The position numbers were made by a program, and so were the translations under genes. This document shows positions 19,151 through 29,016 of a stretch of 56,813 nt of DNA, piece after piece (within the stretch, counting starts at the first letter, position 1; the number at the start of each line of letters is the position of its first letter). The notes beneath the pieces were generated by a model, which did not search any database, was not told where the DNA came from, and saw only the letters and a program-made list of their open reading frames with translations. Source of the DNA: Thermodesulfobacteriota bacterium (GTDB taxonomy: Bacteria; Desulfobacterota; Desulfobacteria; Desulfobacterales; SURF-7); NCBI GenBank assembly GCA_049320885.1, contig JBMORA010000053.1:1-56813 (forward strand), given 5' to 3'.

Positions 19151-22100
19151 ACATCGCAGAGCTCAGCATTCGAAAAAGCGTGATCACCTGGGTGATGACC
19201 CTTCTTGTAATGGGGTTGGGGTTGCTTTCATTCAGAAATCTCTCAATGCTCGAAGACCCCGAGTTTACCATCAAAGAAGCCGTTGTGATAACCCCGTATC
19301 CGGGGGCTTCCGCGGCGGAGGTCGAAGAGGAAGTCACCAACGTCCTCGAAAAAGCCATCCAGCAGCTCGGCCAGCTGGAGTGGCTGGAATCCCGATCATC
19401 CCGGAATATGTCCCAAGTCAAAGTGCGCATCAAAGACAAGTATGACAAATACAGCCTCCCCCAAGTATGGGACGAACTGCGTCGGAAAGTCAACGACTCC
19501 CAGCGCCAGCTTCCGCCCGGGGCCGGTCCCTCCATTGTCAATGATGACTTCGGGGATGTCTACGGTGTATATCTCGCCGTCACCGGGGAAGGCTATACCT
19601 ATAAGGAAATGCACGAATATGCCAAGTTTCTCCAGCGGGAGTTGTTGCACGCCAAGGATGTCAAGCGCATCGAGCTTTACGGCGTTCAACCGGAGGTCGT
19701 TTACGTAGAGATGCGGCGGGAAAAGATGGCCGAACTCGGCATCTCCCAGCTGGACATCTACGCCGCTTTGGCTTCAAAAAATCTTCCGGTGTCTTCGGGA
19801 TACATGACCATCGGCCAAGAGTACATACCGGTAAACCCGACCGGTGAGTTCACATCCGAAAAAGAGTTCGGCGATCTGCTGGTTCGGGGCAAGGGGCCTG
19901 AAACCGGAAGCCTTGTCTACCTTCGTGATGTCGCGGATATCCACCGAGGGTACAAAGAACCTGCAACAGCGTATCTGCACTACAACGGGAAACCGGCCAT
20001 CGGTCTTGCGATTTCGACGGTTCTGGGAGGAAACGTCATCGAGATGGGACAATCGCTGGAAGCACGGTTAAAGGAACTCATTCCTCTGGCGCCGTTGGGA
20101 ATGGACCTGAACGTAATCTATCTGCAGACCGATGCGGTAACCTCCGCCATAAAAGACTTTCTCGTAAACCTGGCGGAGTCCGTGGGGATCGTCATTGCGG
20201 TGCTGCTCATCTTCATGGGGCTGAGAAGCGGGCTTATCATCGGCGCGGTGCTTCTTGTCACCATCATGGGCACCTTTATTTTCATGGATATAGGCGCCAT
20301 CACGCTCGAACGGATTTCTCTGGGCGCGCTGGTGATCGCCCTGGGGATGCTCGTGGATAACGCCATCGTGGTGGCCGACGGCATGCGGGTGAAAATGGAT
20401 CAGGGCACCGGTGCGTTGACCGCTGCCAAAGAGATCGTCGGACAGGTGAGCGTACCTCTACTGGGAGCGACCTTCATCGCCATTGCCGCCTTTGCCGCCA
20501 TCGGCACCTCACCGGACGACACCGGCGAATACTGCCGCACGCTTTTTTCGGTGATTTTGATCTCCCTGCTACTGAGCTGGGTGACCGCTGTGACCACCAC
20601 GCCGCTACTCTGTAAAAATTTCTTCAAGACTGGTTCCAAAGAAGTCGTGGCCGACAAAATGAAGGATCCTTACGGCAGCGCATTCTACCGTTTATACCGG
20701 AAGTTTCTTGCGACCAGCATCCGGTACCGGTGGATTACCGTGGGAGTGGTCGCCGGGCTCTTTGTGGTGGCCATGGTGGGATTCGGCCATGTGAAAAACC
20801 TCTTTTTCCCGAATTCCACAACCCCCATGTACTATATCGATTTCTGGTTTCCGGAGGGCACCCACATCGATGAAACGAGCCGCCTGATGAAAGAAGCGGA
20901 AACATATCTTTCCAAACAGGAGGGTGCACGGGAGGTGATTACCTTTATCGGCGGCGGACAGATTCGGTTTCTTTTAACATACACCCCTGAGCCCCCCTAC
21001 GGCAGCTTTGCCCAGGTCATTGTCAAGACGGACGATTACCGGAAGATCCCGGCCCTGATGCAGCGGACCCAGAAAGACCTGGAGGCGATGTTTCCGGCGG
21101 CCATTGTCAACACCCGTTCGTTTATCCTCGGGCCGGGATCCGGCGGAAAAATTCAGCTTCGGATCAACGGCCCGGATCCGGCGGTTCTGCGGCAGCTTGC
21201 CCAAAAAGCGGAGAATATTCTCCAGGACGAGCCTTTCTGCAAGGCGGTGAGAAACGAATGGCGAAGCAAGATCAAAGTGGTCCGGCCGCACATGGCCGAA
21301 GCCCAGGCTCGCAGGGCCGGCATTGATCGGCCGCAACTGGCCCAGGCAATCGAATCGGCCGTCGAGGGAACCCGGGCGGGTGTTTACCGCGAAAAGGACG
21401 AACTGCTGCCGATCATTGCCCGGTCACCTGAAGCCGAAAGAGTTGATCTGTCCAATTTTCAAGGCATACAGGTCTGGAGCCCGGCCGCCCAGCAAATGAT
21501 GCCGGTCGGCCAGGTGGTGACCGGTTTTGAGACGGCATTTGAAGATCCCTATATCTGGCGCCGGGACCGGACCAAGATGATTAAGCTCCATGCTGACCCG
21601 CGGGAGGGACTTCCCAGTGAACTGTTTGTCCGCGTCAAAGCAAAAATTGAGAAGGCCCTGGGAGTGGATGTGGAAGCCAAAACCGGTAAGGCGGTGTCTC
21701 CGGAGCAGTGGGATGCCGACACCATTCCGGTTAAATACAACGATGCGATTCCACTTAAGGATATGCCGGGCTACACGATCGCCTGGGGCGGAGAGGCCGA
21801 GGATTCGTCCAAGGCCCAGGACGGTTTGGCCGGTTCAATCCCGATTTTTTTCGGTCTCATGGTGCTCCTGGTAATTTTTCTTTTCAACTCCATCAAACAG
21901 ACGCTGATCATCTGGTTCACCGTACCGCTGTCGATCATCGGGGTGACGGCAGGCCTTCTATTGTTCGGCCAGCCCTTCGGGTTTATGGCCCTGCTGGGGT
22001 TGATGAGCCTTTCCGGCATGCTGATTAAAAACGCCGTCGTGCTCATCGATCAGATCAATTTTGAGATAACCTCTGGAAAATCGCCTTTTCAGGCCGTTGT

Positions 22101-22305
22101 GGATTCCGGGGTGAGCCGTCTGATTCCGGTTTCCATGGCCGCATTGACCACGGTCCTGGGAATGCTTCCTCTCTTTCAGGATGCGTTCTTTGTTTCCATG
22201 GCGGTCACGATCGTATTTGGCCTCAGTTTCGCGACGGTTCTGACGTTGATCTTTGTACCCGTGCTCTACACGATATTCTTCAGGATTACATATGAGGTGA
22301 ACTGA
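19147..22305 (+). CDS. RND efflux permease (AcrB family)
   Basis: EDPEFTIK, YPGASAAEVEEEVT, GMLVDNAIVV, GMLIKNAVVL. Confidence 0.95.
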   Translation: MNIAELSIRKSVITWVMTLLVMGLGLLSFRNLSMLEDPEFTIKEAVVITPYPGASAAEVEEEVTNVLEKAIQQLGQLEWLESRSSRNMSQVKVRIKDKYDKYSLPQVWDELRRKVNDSQRQLPPGAGPSIVNDDFGDVYGVYLAVTGEGYTYKEMHEYAKFLQRELLHAKDVKRIELYGVQPEVVYVEMRREKMAELGISQLDIYAALASKNLPVSSGYMTIGQEYIPVNPTGEFTSEKEFGDLLVRGKGPETGSLVYLRDVADIHRGYKEPATAYLHYNGKPAIGLAISTVLGGNVIEMGQSLEARLKELIPLAPLGMDLNVIYLQTDAVTSAIKDFLVNLAESVGIVIAVLLIFMGLRSGLIIGAVLLVTIMGTFIFMDIGAITLERISLGALVIALGMLVDNAIVVADGMRVKMDQGTGALTAAKEIVGQVSVPLLGATFIAIAAFAAIGTSPDDTGEYCRTLFSVILISLLLSWVTAVTTTPLLCKNFFKTGSKEVVADKMKDPYGSAFYRLYRKFLATSIRYRWITVGVVAGLFVVAMVGFGHVKNLFFPNSTTPMYYIDFWFPEGTHIDETSRLMKEAETYLSKQEGAREVITFIGGGQIRFLLTYTPEPPYGSFAQVIVKTDDYRKIPALMQRTQKDLEAMFPAAIVNTRSFILGPGSGGKIQLRINGPDPAVLRQLAQKAENILQDEPFCKAVRNEWRSKIKVVRPHMAEAQARRAGIDRPQLAQAIESAVEGTRAGVYREKDELLPIIARSPEAERVDLSNFQGIQVWSPAAQQMMPVGQVVTGFETAFEDPYIWRRDRTKMIKLHADPREGLPSELFVRVKAKIEKALGVDVEAKTGKAVSPEQWDADTIPVKYNDAIPLKDMPGYTIAWGGEAEDSSKAQDGLAGSIPIFFGLMVLLVIFLFNSIKQTLIIWFTVPLSIIGVTAGLLLFGQPFGFMALLGLMSLSGMLIKNAVVLIDQINFEITSGKSPFQAVVDSGVSRLIPVSMAALTTVLGMLPLFQDAFFVSMAVTIVFGLSFATVLTLIFVPVLYTIFFRITYEVN

Positions 22306-23900
22306 TGGGATACAAAATTCGATATGTTGAGAAAATTCCCTGTCTTGGTCTTGTGATCACGGCGATCGCTCTGGCTACTCTGTCCGGATGCGCCGTGGGA
22401 CCGGACTATATCCGGCCCCGGCCCCCTGAAATGAAAGAGTGGATCGAACAGGAGGACCCGAGGATCAAGCGCGAACCGGCGGATCTGGCCGCCTGGTGGA
22501 AACGCTTCAACGATCCGGTTCTGGACAGCCTCATCGAGCACGCCTTTCGGCAGAATCTCTCCCTGCGCATGGCCGGGATCCGAATCCTTGAAGCCAGGGC
22601 GCAGCTCGGCATCGCCGTTGGCAACCAGTACCCCCAGCTTCAACAGCTAAGGGGAGATTACGCCGGCTATGGTATCAGCGAAAATGCGGCGAACACCATG
22701 CCGGGCATGGACACCAATTTTACAGCGGCGAACATCGGTTTTGACGCCGCCTGGGAACTTGACTTCTGGGGCCGGTTCAGGCGCGCCGTTGAATCCGGCG
22801 TGTGGAACCTGGACGCGTCCATTGCCGGCTACGATGACATAGTAGTCACCCTTATGGCCGAAGTGGCAAGGACTTACGTAGTTATCCGCACCCTGGAGAC
22901 CCGCCTTGCCATCGCACTGGAGAACGTAAAGCTCCAGGAACGCTCCTTGCAAATCGCCAGGGTGCGCTTCGAGGGAGGAGACGTGACGGAATTGGACGTG
23001 GCGCAGGCCAGGGCGCTGCTGGGCGACACCCGGGCTTTCATCCCGCGACTGCAAGCCCAGTTGCGCCACGCCAAGAACAGCCTTGCCGTGCTCCTTGGCG
23101 TGCTTCCGGGCGAAGTGAATCTCTTACTCGGTGGTCCCGGACAGATCCCCTCAGCTCCCCCCGACGTCGCGGCGGGAATTCCGGCTGAACTGCTGAGAAG
23201 GCGTCCCGACATTCGCCTCGCGGAATCCCGGATGGCCGCCCAGTCTTCCCTGATCGGGGTTGCCAAGGCGGACCTCTACCCCCGATTCAGTCTCTTTGGC
23301 TCCATCGGGTTAAGCGCGAGCGATGCAGCCCTCACGGCGGCAGGGTTTCCAGGAGGAAGCTCCCTGAGCGACATCTGGGATTCGGACAGCCTTCAGTATA
23401 ATGGCGGAATCGGCTTCGCATGGGACATCTTCAATTACGGGCGCATCAAGAACCGTGTCCGCGTCCAAGACGCCCGGTTCCAGGAACTGGTCGTGAACTA
23501 CAAAAACACGGTGCTTACGGCCGCCCGGGAAGCAGAGGACGGTCTGTCCGCTTACTTGAAGTCCCAGGAAGAGGTGGGCTTCCTCAGAGAAAGCGTGGAA
23601 GGAGCGACCCGTTCGGTGGAGCTGTCCATGACTCAGTACCGCGAGGGTCTGGTTGATTATCAGCGTGTCCTGGACACGCAGAGGGTTCAAACAATGACCC
23701 AGGACCTGTTAACGTCCACCCAGGGTGCGGTGCTGCTCAACCTGGTTGCCACGTACAAGGCCCTGGGGGGCGGCTGGGAAATCCGGGTGGGAAAGGATTT
23801 TGTGCCCGATGAGATCAAGGCAGAGATGGAGAAGAGGACGGACTGGGGGCAGGTGCTCTCCATTGACAAAATAGAAACACCTCCGGACATGTCAGACTGA
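22305..23900 (+). CDS. Outer-membrane efflux factor (NodT/OprM family)
   Basis: LSGCAVGPDY, WELDFWG, LLRRRPDI, YKALGGGW. Confidence 0.93.
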   Translation: MGYKIRYVEKIPCLGLVITAIALATLSGCAVGPDYIRPRPPEMKEWIEQEDPRIKREPADLAAWWKRFNDPVLDSLIEHAFRQNLSLRMAGIRILEARAQLGIAVGNQYPQLQQLRGDYAGYGISENAANTMPGMDTNFTAANIGFDAAWELDFWGRFRRAVESGVWNLDASIAGYDDIVVTLMAEVARTYVVIRTLETRLAIALENVKLQERSLQIARVRFEGGDVTELDVAQARALLGDTRAFIPRLQAQLRHAKNSLAVLLGVLPGEVNLLLGGPGQIPSAPPDVAAGIPAELLRRRPDIRLAESRMAAQSSLIGVAKADLYPRFSLFGSIGLSASDAALTAAGFPGGSSLSDIWDSDSLQYNGGIGFAWDIFNYGRIKNRVRVQDARFQELVVNYKNTVLTAAREAEDGLSAYLKSQEEVGFLRESVEGATRSVELSMTQYREGLVDYQRVLDTQRVQTMTQDLLTSTQGAVLLNLVATYKALGGGWEIRVGKDFVPDEIKAEMEKRTDWGQVLSIDKIETPPDMSD

Positions 23901-24023
23901 CATGGTTATGCGGATTCCAAGCCATGGAAAACGCCAATCTGTCATCGCGGAAACGTGGTTGACGCCGTAACACGAGGATGGAAGGTGACGCCGCATTACG
24001 AATGGGGGTTTCAAGACCGGCAT

Positions 24024-24059
24024 CGGTACAGGGCAGGAACATTGTCCTGCCCTGTACCG
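24024..24059. terminator. Perfect 15-bp hairpin between convergent units
   Basis: CGGTACAGGGCAGGA-ACATTG-TCCTGCCCTGTACCG; no clear U-tract. Confidence 0.55.
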
Positions 24060-24064
24060 CAAGC

Positions 24065-24157
24065 CTATAATTTGCAGAATTCTCCCTCGGGGGCGCTTGC
24101 CGAACACCTGGTGAGGACGATGGTCAATGCTATGAGTACGATGGTCATTCCGATCAT
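24065..24157 (-). CDS. 30-aa hydrophobic small protein MIGMTIVLIALTIVLTRCSASAPEGEFCKL
   Basis: AAAGGAGGT RBS; stop 5 nt before the hairpin; below the ORF-track length cutoff. Confidence 0.55.
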   Translation of the reverse strand: MIGMTIVLIALTIVLTRCSASAPEGEFCKL

Positions 24158-24228
24158 GATTACCTCCTTTACGATGGTCCCAACCACCTAACGGTGACAT
24201 AGAAAAATTATCCCTTTCCACGCGTGTG

Positions 24229-24375
24229 TCAACCGGCCACATCAATACCCATGTCACACCCCAAACGGGGATCCGGGCGATCGCAATCGAAGTTCTTCTC
24301 CCGGGTATCCACATGCCCGGATTCTCTTTCTTCTTCATTCTCCCGATAGTCATTGACTTTATATTCTGTCAACAT
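24229..24375 (-). CDS. 48-aa acidic small protein MLTEYKVNDYRENEEERES..CDRPDPRLGCDMGIDVAG
   Basis: AGGAGGT RBS 5 nt before ATG. Confidence 0.55.
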   Translation of the reverse strand: MLTEYKVNDYRENEEERESGHVDTREKNFDCDRPDPRLGCDMGIDVAG

Positions 24376-24609
24376 AAGGCACCTCCTGTTGTCTATTCGG
24401 TTGTCGTCATGTCTCATGGCAGGAAATTGAGGATGGTTTGTTGACTTGGCAATAGTAGAAAATATTAGGTAAAATAGTAGTGAATTGCTATTGAGATACA
24501 AGGGTAATAGAAGATGGGGAAACATAATTCCCATTTCTTGTGACCCGGTGGGGGGAGGATAGGATATAATATGCTGAAATAAATAATATATATTAATAAT
24601 GATTTTCAA

Positions 24610-24625
24610 TGGCACGAGGCTTGCT
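24610..24625 (+). promoter_or_regulatory. Consensus sigma54 promoter
   Basis: TGGCAC-GAGGC-TTGCT in an AT-rich intergenic region. Confidence 0.75.
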
Positions 24626-24715
24626 GGAGATTGCTGAAGATTGGTTGCCATGGCGCCGATAATAAAAGAAGGCCCAGGATTTTTACAAGCACCCATACCC
24701 AGCCGAGGAGGATGG

Positions 24716-24988
24716 ATGAATCCCAAATCCAAAGGTACGGCATACAAGCAGGCTAGAACGGTTTCGGAAACGGCATTCAATTCCGTTCCGACAACTCCAA
24801 CCACATTCGCAAGCCTGGCCTTCCGAACCGGTTCCTGGCTGTTACATGCCTGGGAGAATCTGCTTCCCGGTATGGGTAAACGCGGCGAAGAGGACCTTGG
24901 TGGCAATCCGGATGCCGGCTTTCAGGATCAACTGCTGGCGCGGGTTATCGGTTCTCGAAAATTCGGACCCAAAATTCATATCCGCTGA
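24716..24988 (+). CDS. Hypothetical 90-aa protein
   Basis: GAGGAGG RBS; downstream of sigma54 promoter. Confidence 0.5.
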   Translation: MNPKSKGTAYKQARTVSETAFNSVPTTPTTFASLAFRTGSWLLHAWENLLPGMGKRGEEDLGGNPDAGFQDQLLARVIGSRKFGPKIHIR

Positions 24989-25300
24989 TTTTCCGGACCG
25001 ACGGGACGATTCCCAAGTCCTTTTGGATCAGCCGGGGTTTGCAGACTTGTCGTTTCCGGAAAAAGTATGTATCATCCGCACCTTGCTCCGCGATGGAAAT
25101 GGTCGGGTCCGAAGCATGCATCTGTCTACAACTGCCCTGAACCAGAAACCTTTCTCACATCTGCGGCTGACAAAGCGCGTCCTGACGGTCGATCGCTCCG
25201 TGGTGTGGCCGGAAACGGTAACCGTTTTAGGGTTCGGACCGTTCCGGTCCCTTGGTGATCGAGGCCTCCGGTGCCTTGTTGTGGCCGGTTAGCGATATTC

Positions 25301-25717
25301 CTATCTCACCCCTTTGGAGAGGAGAAAGGCGGAATACTTCCGATCCTCTCCCATGATGTGCTTCACCAGCCAGTCCCGCAGAAAATCCAGGATTCCCATG
25401 GTAAGACCGGTTTTGCCCGCATCGAAATCCTTCTTGAAGCGCAGGACGGTTTCAACGAATTCCTGGTGCTTGGCTTTATGCAATTGGGTTTCCGGATAGG
25501 CATGCTGCGTGAAATATTTTTCCTCGGTGGAAAAATGGAATTGGGTGTATTTGATCAAATCCGAAATCAGTTTTTCGAAAATCTGATTGCTTTTGCCTTC
25601 CTTTATGGCGTCAAAGAGGTTGTTGATGAGATTGACCAGGGCTTTATGTTGCTGGTCGATTTCAGCTATTTTTACACTCATGTTTCCGTCTTCCCAGACG
25701 ATTTTTCCTGTAGCCAT
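25301..25717 (-). CDS. Bacteriohemerythrin
   Basis: IDQQH, HFSTEE, HKAKH, WLVKHIMGED. Confidence 0.93.
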   Translation of the reverse strand: MATGKIVWEDGNMSVKIAEIDQQHKALVNLINNLFDAIKEGKSNQIFEKLISDLIKYTQFHFSTEEKYFTQHAYPETQLHKAKHQEFVETVLRFKKDFDAGKTGLTMGILDFLRDWLVKHIMGEDRKYSAFLLSKGVR

Positions 25718-25988
25718 GTTGTCGCTCCTTTCAAATACGATGGGAGGAATCGATTCAAGGGCATGCGGAATATCATGACATTGTCCGGACCCTGAAGCGT
25801 TGTCTCGGTTGTCGGCGTTTCCGGTGATGTTGGTGAAAAGTAGCGAGGATTTTTCTCTGATTATACCGATTGCATCTAGGGCGGGTCAACAGTTATTATA
25901 CTGCCGACACTCCGGTTTGTGGGATGCCGCCGCAGTCGGTGCAGGGCATTCCGCATGGGGACAGAGCCCGGCGGAAGGAGCGAACAAC

Positions 25989-27194
25989 ATGCTATCCATT
26001 GAAAAATTCCATCAAGCCCAGCGCATGCTGGCCGGAAAGATCATCCGGACCCCTTTGGTGTATTCCTCCTCACTCAGCTCCATGCTGGGCGGAGAAATCT
26101 TTTTGAAGCTGGAAAACCTCCAGAAAACGGGATCTTTCAAAATCCGCGGGGCGACTCACAAAATCATCGCCCGGTACCCGGAAATCAAGTCCATGGGGGT
26201 GGTGGCCGCTTCCGCCGGCAATCACGCCCAGGGGGTGGCCCAGGCCGCCAGCCAGGCCGGGCTGAAAGCCACCATCGTCATGCCGGAATGGGCCTCCATT
26301 TCCAAACAGGAAGCGACCCGCGCCTACGGCGGAGATTTGATCCTTTTCGGCCGGAGCATCACCGACAGCCTGGGAAAAGCCCTTGAACTGTCAAAGGAGG
26401 GGCGGATGCTCATCCATCCCTTTGACGATGAGGAAGTGATCATTGGACAGGGCACGGTGGCCCTGGAAATTTTTGAAGAGACGGAGCATATTAAAAAAAT
26501 TGTGGTTCCGGTGGGCGGCGGTGGCTTGATTGCCGGGATTGCCGCTGCGGCCAAGGCCTTGGATCCGAAGGTTTCCATCGTTGGTGCCCAGGCAGCCGTT
26601 TGTCCCGGGGTCCATGACGCGTTGCGGTCCGGGAGAATGAGGACCGTTTCGGCTGCTGCGAGCATTGCCGACGGTATCAGCGTCACCAAGGCCGGCAGGC
26701 GGCCGTTTGCCGTCATGAAGCATCTGGTGGATGACATTGCGCTGGCCACGGAGGAGGAAATCGCTTCCGCAATTCTGATCCTGCTGGAAAGGAAGAAGAT
26801 CCTGGCCGAAGGGGCAGGCGCGGTTTCGCTGGCTGTATTGCTGAGCAGGCAATTGCGGCCGGCCTTAAAAGGAAAGACCGTCCTGGTGATCAGCGGCGGA
26901 AATGTGGACACCCCGCTCCTCGACCGCGTGCTGCGAAAAGGATTGGTGGAACACGGTCGGGTGATGCGCCTGTGGGTGTATCTCAGCGACCGGCCCGGGT
27001 CCCTGGCGCAGCTGCTGACCTGTCTGGCGGAGATGAAGGCCAATGTGCTGCATATCCGTCACAGCCGCAATATCCGGAATGCTTCCCTCTACCTGTCCCG
27101 CGTGGAACTCGAACTGGAGACCCGCGGACGTTCGCACCTGGAACATATCGCTGCTGAGCTGAACAAACTTGGCTACCGGCTGGATTGGGAGTGA
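25989..27194 (+). CDS. ilvA: Threonine ammonia-lyase with C-terminal ACT domain
   Basis: LKLENLQKTGSFKIRGA, ASAGNHAQG, SGGNVD, DRPGSL. Confidence 0.9.
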   Translation: MLSIEKFHQAQRMLAGKIIRTPLVYSSSLSSMLGGEIFLKLENLQKTGSFKIRGATHKIIARYPEIKSMGVVAASAGNHAQGVAQAASQAGLKATIVMPEWASISKQEATRAYGGDLILFGRSITDSLGKALELSKEGRMLIHPFDDEEVIIGQGTVALEIFEETEHIKKIVVPVGGGGLIAGIAAAAKALDPKVSIVGAQAAVCPGVHDALRSGRMRTVSAAASIADGISVTKAGRRPFAVMKHLVDDIALATEEEIASAILILLERKKILAEGAGAVSLAVLLSRQLRPALKGKTVLVISGGNVDTPLLDRVLRKGLVEHGRVMRLWVYLSDRPGSLAQLLTCLAEMKANVLHIRHSRNIRNASLYLSRVELELETRGRSHLEHIAAELNKLGYRLDWE

Positions 27195-27235
27195 ACGTCC
27201 TGGGTCCCATGAAACTCAAGTGCGCAACCGGTTTG

Positions 27236-27748
27236 CTATCCCTTGTTGGCCGCAATGGCTTGCAGGGCTTTGGAATAATCCGGTTCTTGACCTATTTCAG
27301 GAACTTGTTCCGTGTAAACGATGCTGCCTTTTGGATCAATGATGACGATCGCCCGGGACAGCAGCCCGGCGAGCGGACCGGACTGTATGGTAACCCCATA
27401 GGCTTTTCCAAAGGCAGGGGACCGGAAAACCGAAAGGGGAACAACATTTTTCAGCCCCTCCGTTTCACAGAAACGATTGTGGGCAAACGGAAGATCCGCG
27501 GAAATGCAGAGCACTACCGTATTGTTTGAATCGCCGGCTTCCTTGTTGAAACGTCTCACCGACGTGGCGCAGACCGGAGTGTCGATACTGGGGAAGATGT
27601 TGAGCACCACGACCTTGCCGGAATAGTCCTTCAGGCTAAATTCGGACAGATTGGTTCCGACCAGGGTAAAGGCCGGGGCCGGTGTGCCGGGTTTGGGCAA
27701 TTCCCCCACAGTCTCGATTGCGTTGCCTCTTAGCGTGATTTTCGCCAT
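27236..27748 (-). CDS. tpx: Thiol peroxidase
   Basis: FPSIDTPVC, ISADLPFA..RFC. Confidence 0.95.
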   Translation of the reverse strand: MAKITLRGNAIETVGELPKPGTPAPAFTLVGTNLSEFSLKDYSGKVVVLNIFPSIDTPVCATSVRRFNKEAGDSNNTVVLCISADLPFAHNRFCETEGLKNVVPLSVFRSPAFGKAYGVTIQSGPLAGLLSRAIVIIDPKGSIVYTEQVPEIGQEPDYSKALQAIAANKG

Positions 27749-27765
27749 ATCAACCTCCTGTTGGG

Positions 27766-27801
27766 AAAAAAAAGACGTTCCCGGCGATAGCCAGGAACGT
27801 C
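27766..27801 (-). terminator. Rho-independent terminator after the cold-shock gene
   Basis: GACGTTCC..GGAACGTC stem followed by 8 T on the minus strand. Confidence 0.75.
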
Positions 27802-27822
27802 CAGCGGAATTTGATGATGCCT

Positions 27823-28023
27823 TTATATGCGGGTTACGTTGGTCGCCGAAGGACCTTTTTTGCCTTGTTCAATGTCAAACGTGACCCGATCGCCTTCGCT
27901 CAGCGATTTGAAGCCGGTTGCATTGATTCCTGAATGATGGACAAAAACATCCGGGCCGTTTTCTCTTTCGATGAACCCGAAGCCTTTGCTGTCATTGAAC
28001 CATTTGACAATTCCTTTTTCCAT
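27823..28023 (-). CDS. Cold-shock protein (CspA family)
   Basis: KWFN..KGFGFI, DVFVH. Confidence 0.95.
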   Translation of the reverse strand: MEKGIVKWFNDSKGFGFIERENGPDVFVHHSGINATGFKSLSEGDRVTFDIEQGKKGPSATNVTRI

Positions 28024-28146
28024 AGCAGCAGTCTCCTTTCTGTTTAATTCTCAAGATTTCATACTCGAAGCTGCCATTTTTTCAATGGTTCTCAACGCAG
28101 GATGAAAACGGCCGAGCAAGGGGCGGGCCTTTCTTGATTAAAGGTC

Positions 28147-28174
28147 ATTATAACCGCTTTTCCGAACAAGGCAA
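28147..28174 (-). promoter_or_regulatory. sigma70 promoter of the cold-shock gene (long 5' UTR)
   Basis: TTGCCT-16 nt-TATAAT on the minus strand. Confidence 0.6.
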
Positions 28175-28411
28175 GCAGTTTTTTTAAAGGGAACGGATGC
28201 GCCGGATTTATCTTGATTTTTTACAATCCCCATGCCACAAGGAATCGCGACCCGTGCAGGCTGCCGCGGGAGACCGACATCCGGATTGCCAAGACCGCTT
28301 ATCCTACTTATTGTATATCAGCTCATTTGAAATCGGCGAGTAACGTCTGGGCCAAAACGGTTCAGAACAGTGAGAGTATCGAAACAACATGGATTTGAAA
28401 GGAGTGCCGTC

Positions 28412-28960
28412 ATGATAAACGACAAAATGATCGCCGCATTGAACGAACAGATCAATCGGGAAATGTATTCCGCCTATCTGTACATGTCCATGTCATCCCA
28501 TTGCAACATGGTGGGATTGAAAGGATTCGCCAACTGGTTCATGGTTCAGTATCATGAGGAAATGATTCATGCCATGAAAATCTATGAATATATCCAACGC
28601 CAGGGCGGCGAAGTTCACCTCAAGACCATTCAGGCCCCGCCCCATTCGTTTGAATCGCCCCTGGACATGTTCACCAAGACGCTGGAGCACGAACAATTCA
28701 TCACCCGCTCCATCAACGACTTGATGGAACTGGCCATTGCCGAGAAAGACCATGCATCCCAGATTTTTCTGGAGTGGTATGTGACCGAGCAGGTGGAGGA
28801 GGAGGAAAACGACAACGACATCATCCAGCAACTGAAAATCATCAAGGATAATGCCCATGCGCTGCTGATGCTTGACAGGGAGCTGGCCGCAAGGATCACC
28901 ACGGTCCCGACCGATTTCAGCAAGGGCATTGAATCCAGCATGAAACAGACGTCCGCGTAA
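28412..28960 (+). CDS. Non-heme ferritin
   Basis: QINREMYSAYLY, EEMIH, EQVEEE. Confidence 0.93.
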   Translation: MINDKMIAALNEQINREMYSAYLYMSMSSHCNMVGLKGFANWFMVQYHEEMIHAMKIYEYIQRQGGEVHLKTIQAPPHSFESPLDMFTKTLEHEQFITRSINDLMELAIAEKDHASQIFLEWYVTEQVEEEENDNDIIQQLKIIKDNAHALLMLDRELAARITTVPTDFSKGIESSMKQTSA

Positions 28961-29016
28961 TCGTGTGACCGGCAGCGGAGGGGCGCGATCAGCCGTGAAA
29001 GCAGGGGGAAATCAAC

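Noticed and set aside
24376..24906. Upstream part of the 225-aa minus-strand ORF 24229..24906
   Set aside because: Crosses an AT-rich promoter region; only the last 48 codons have an RBS
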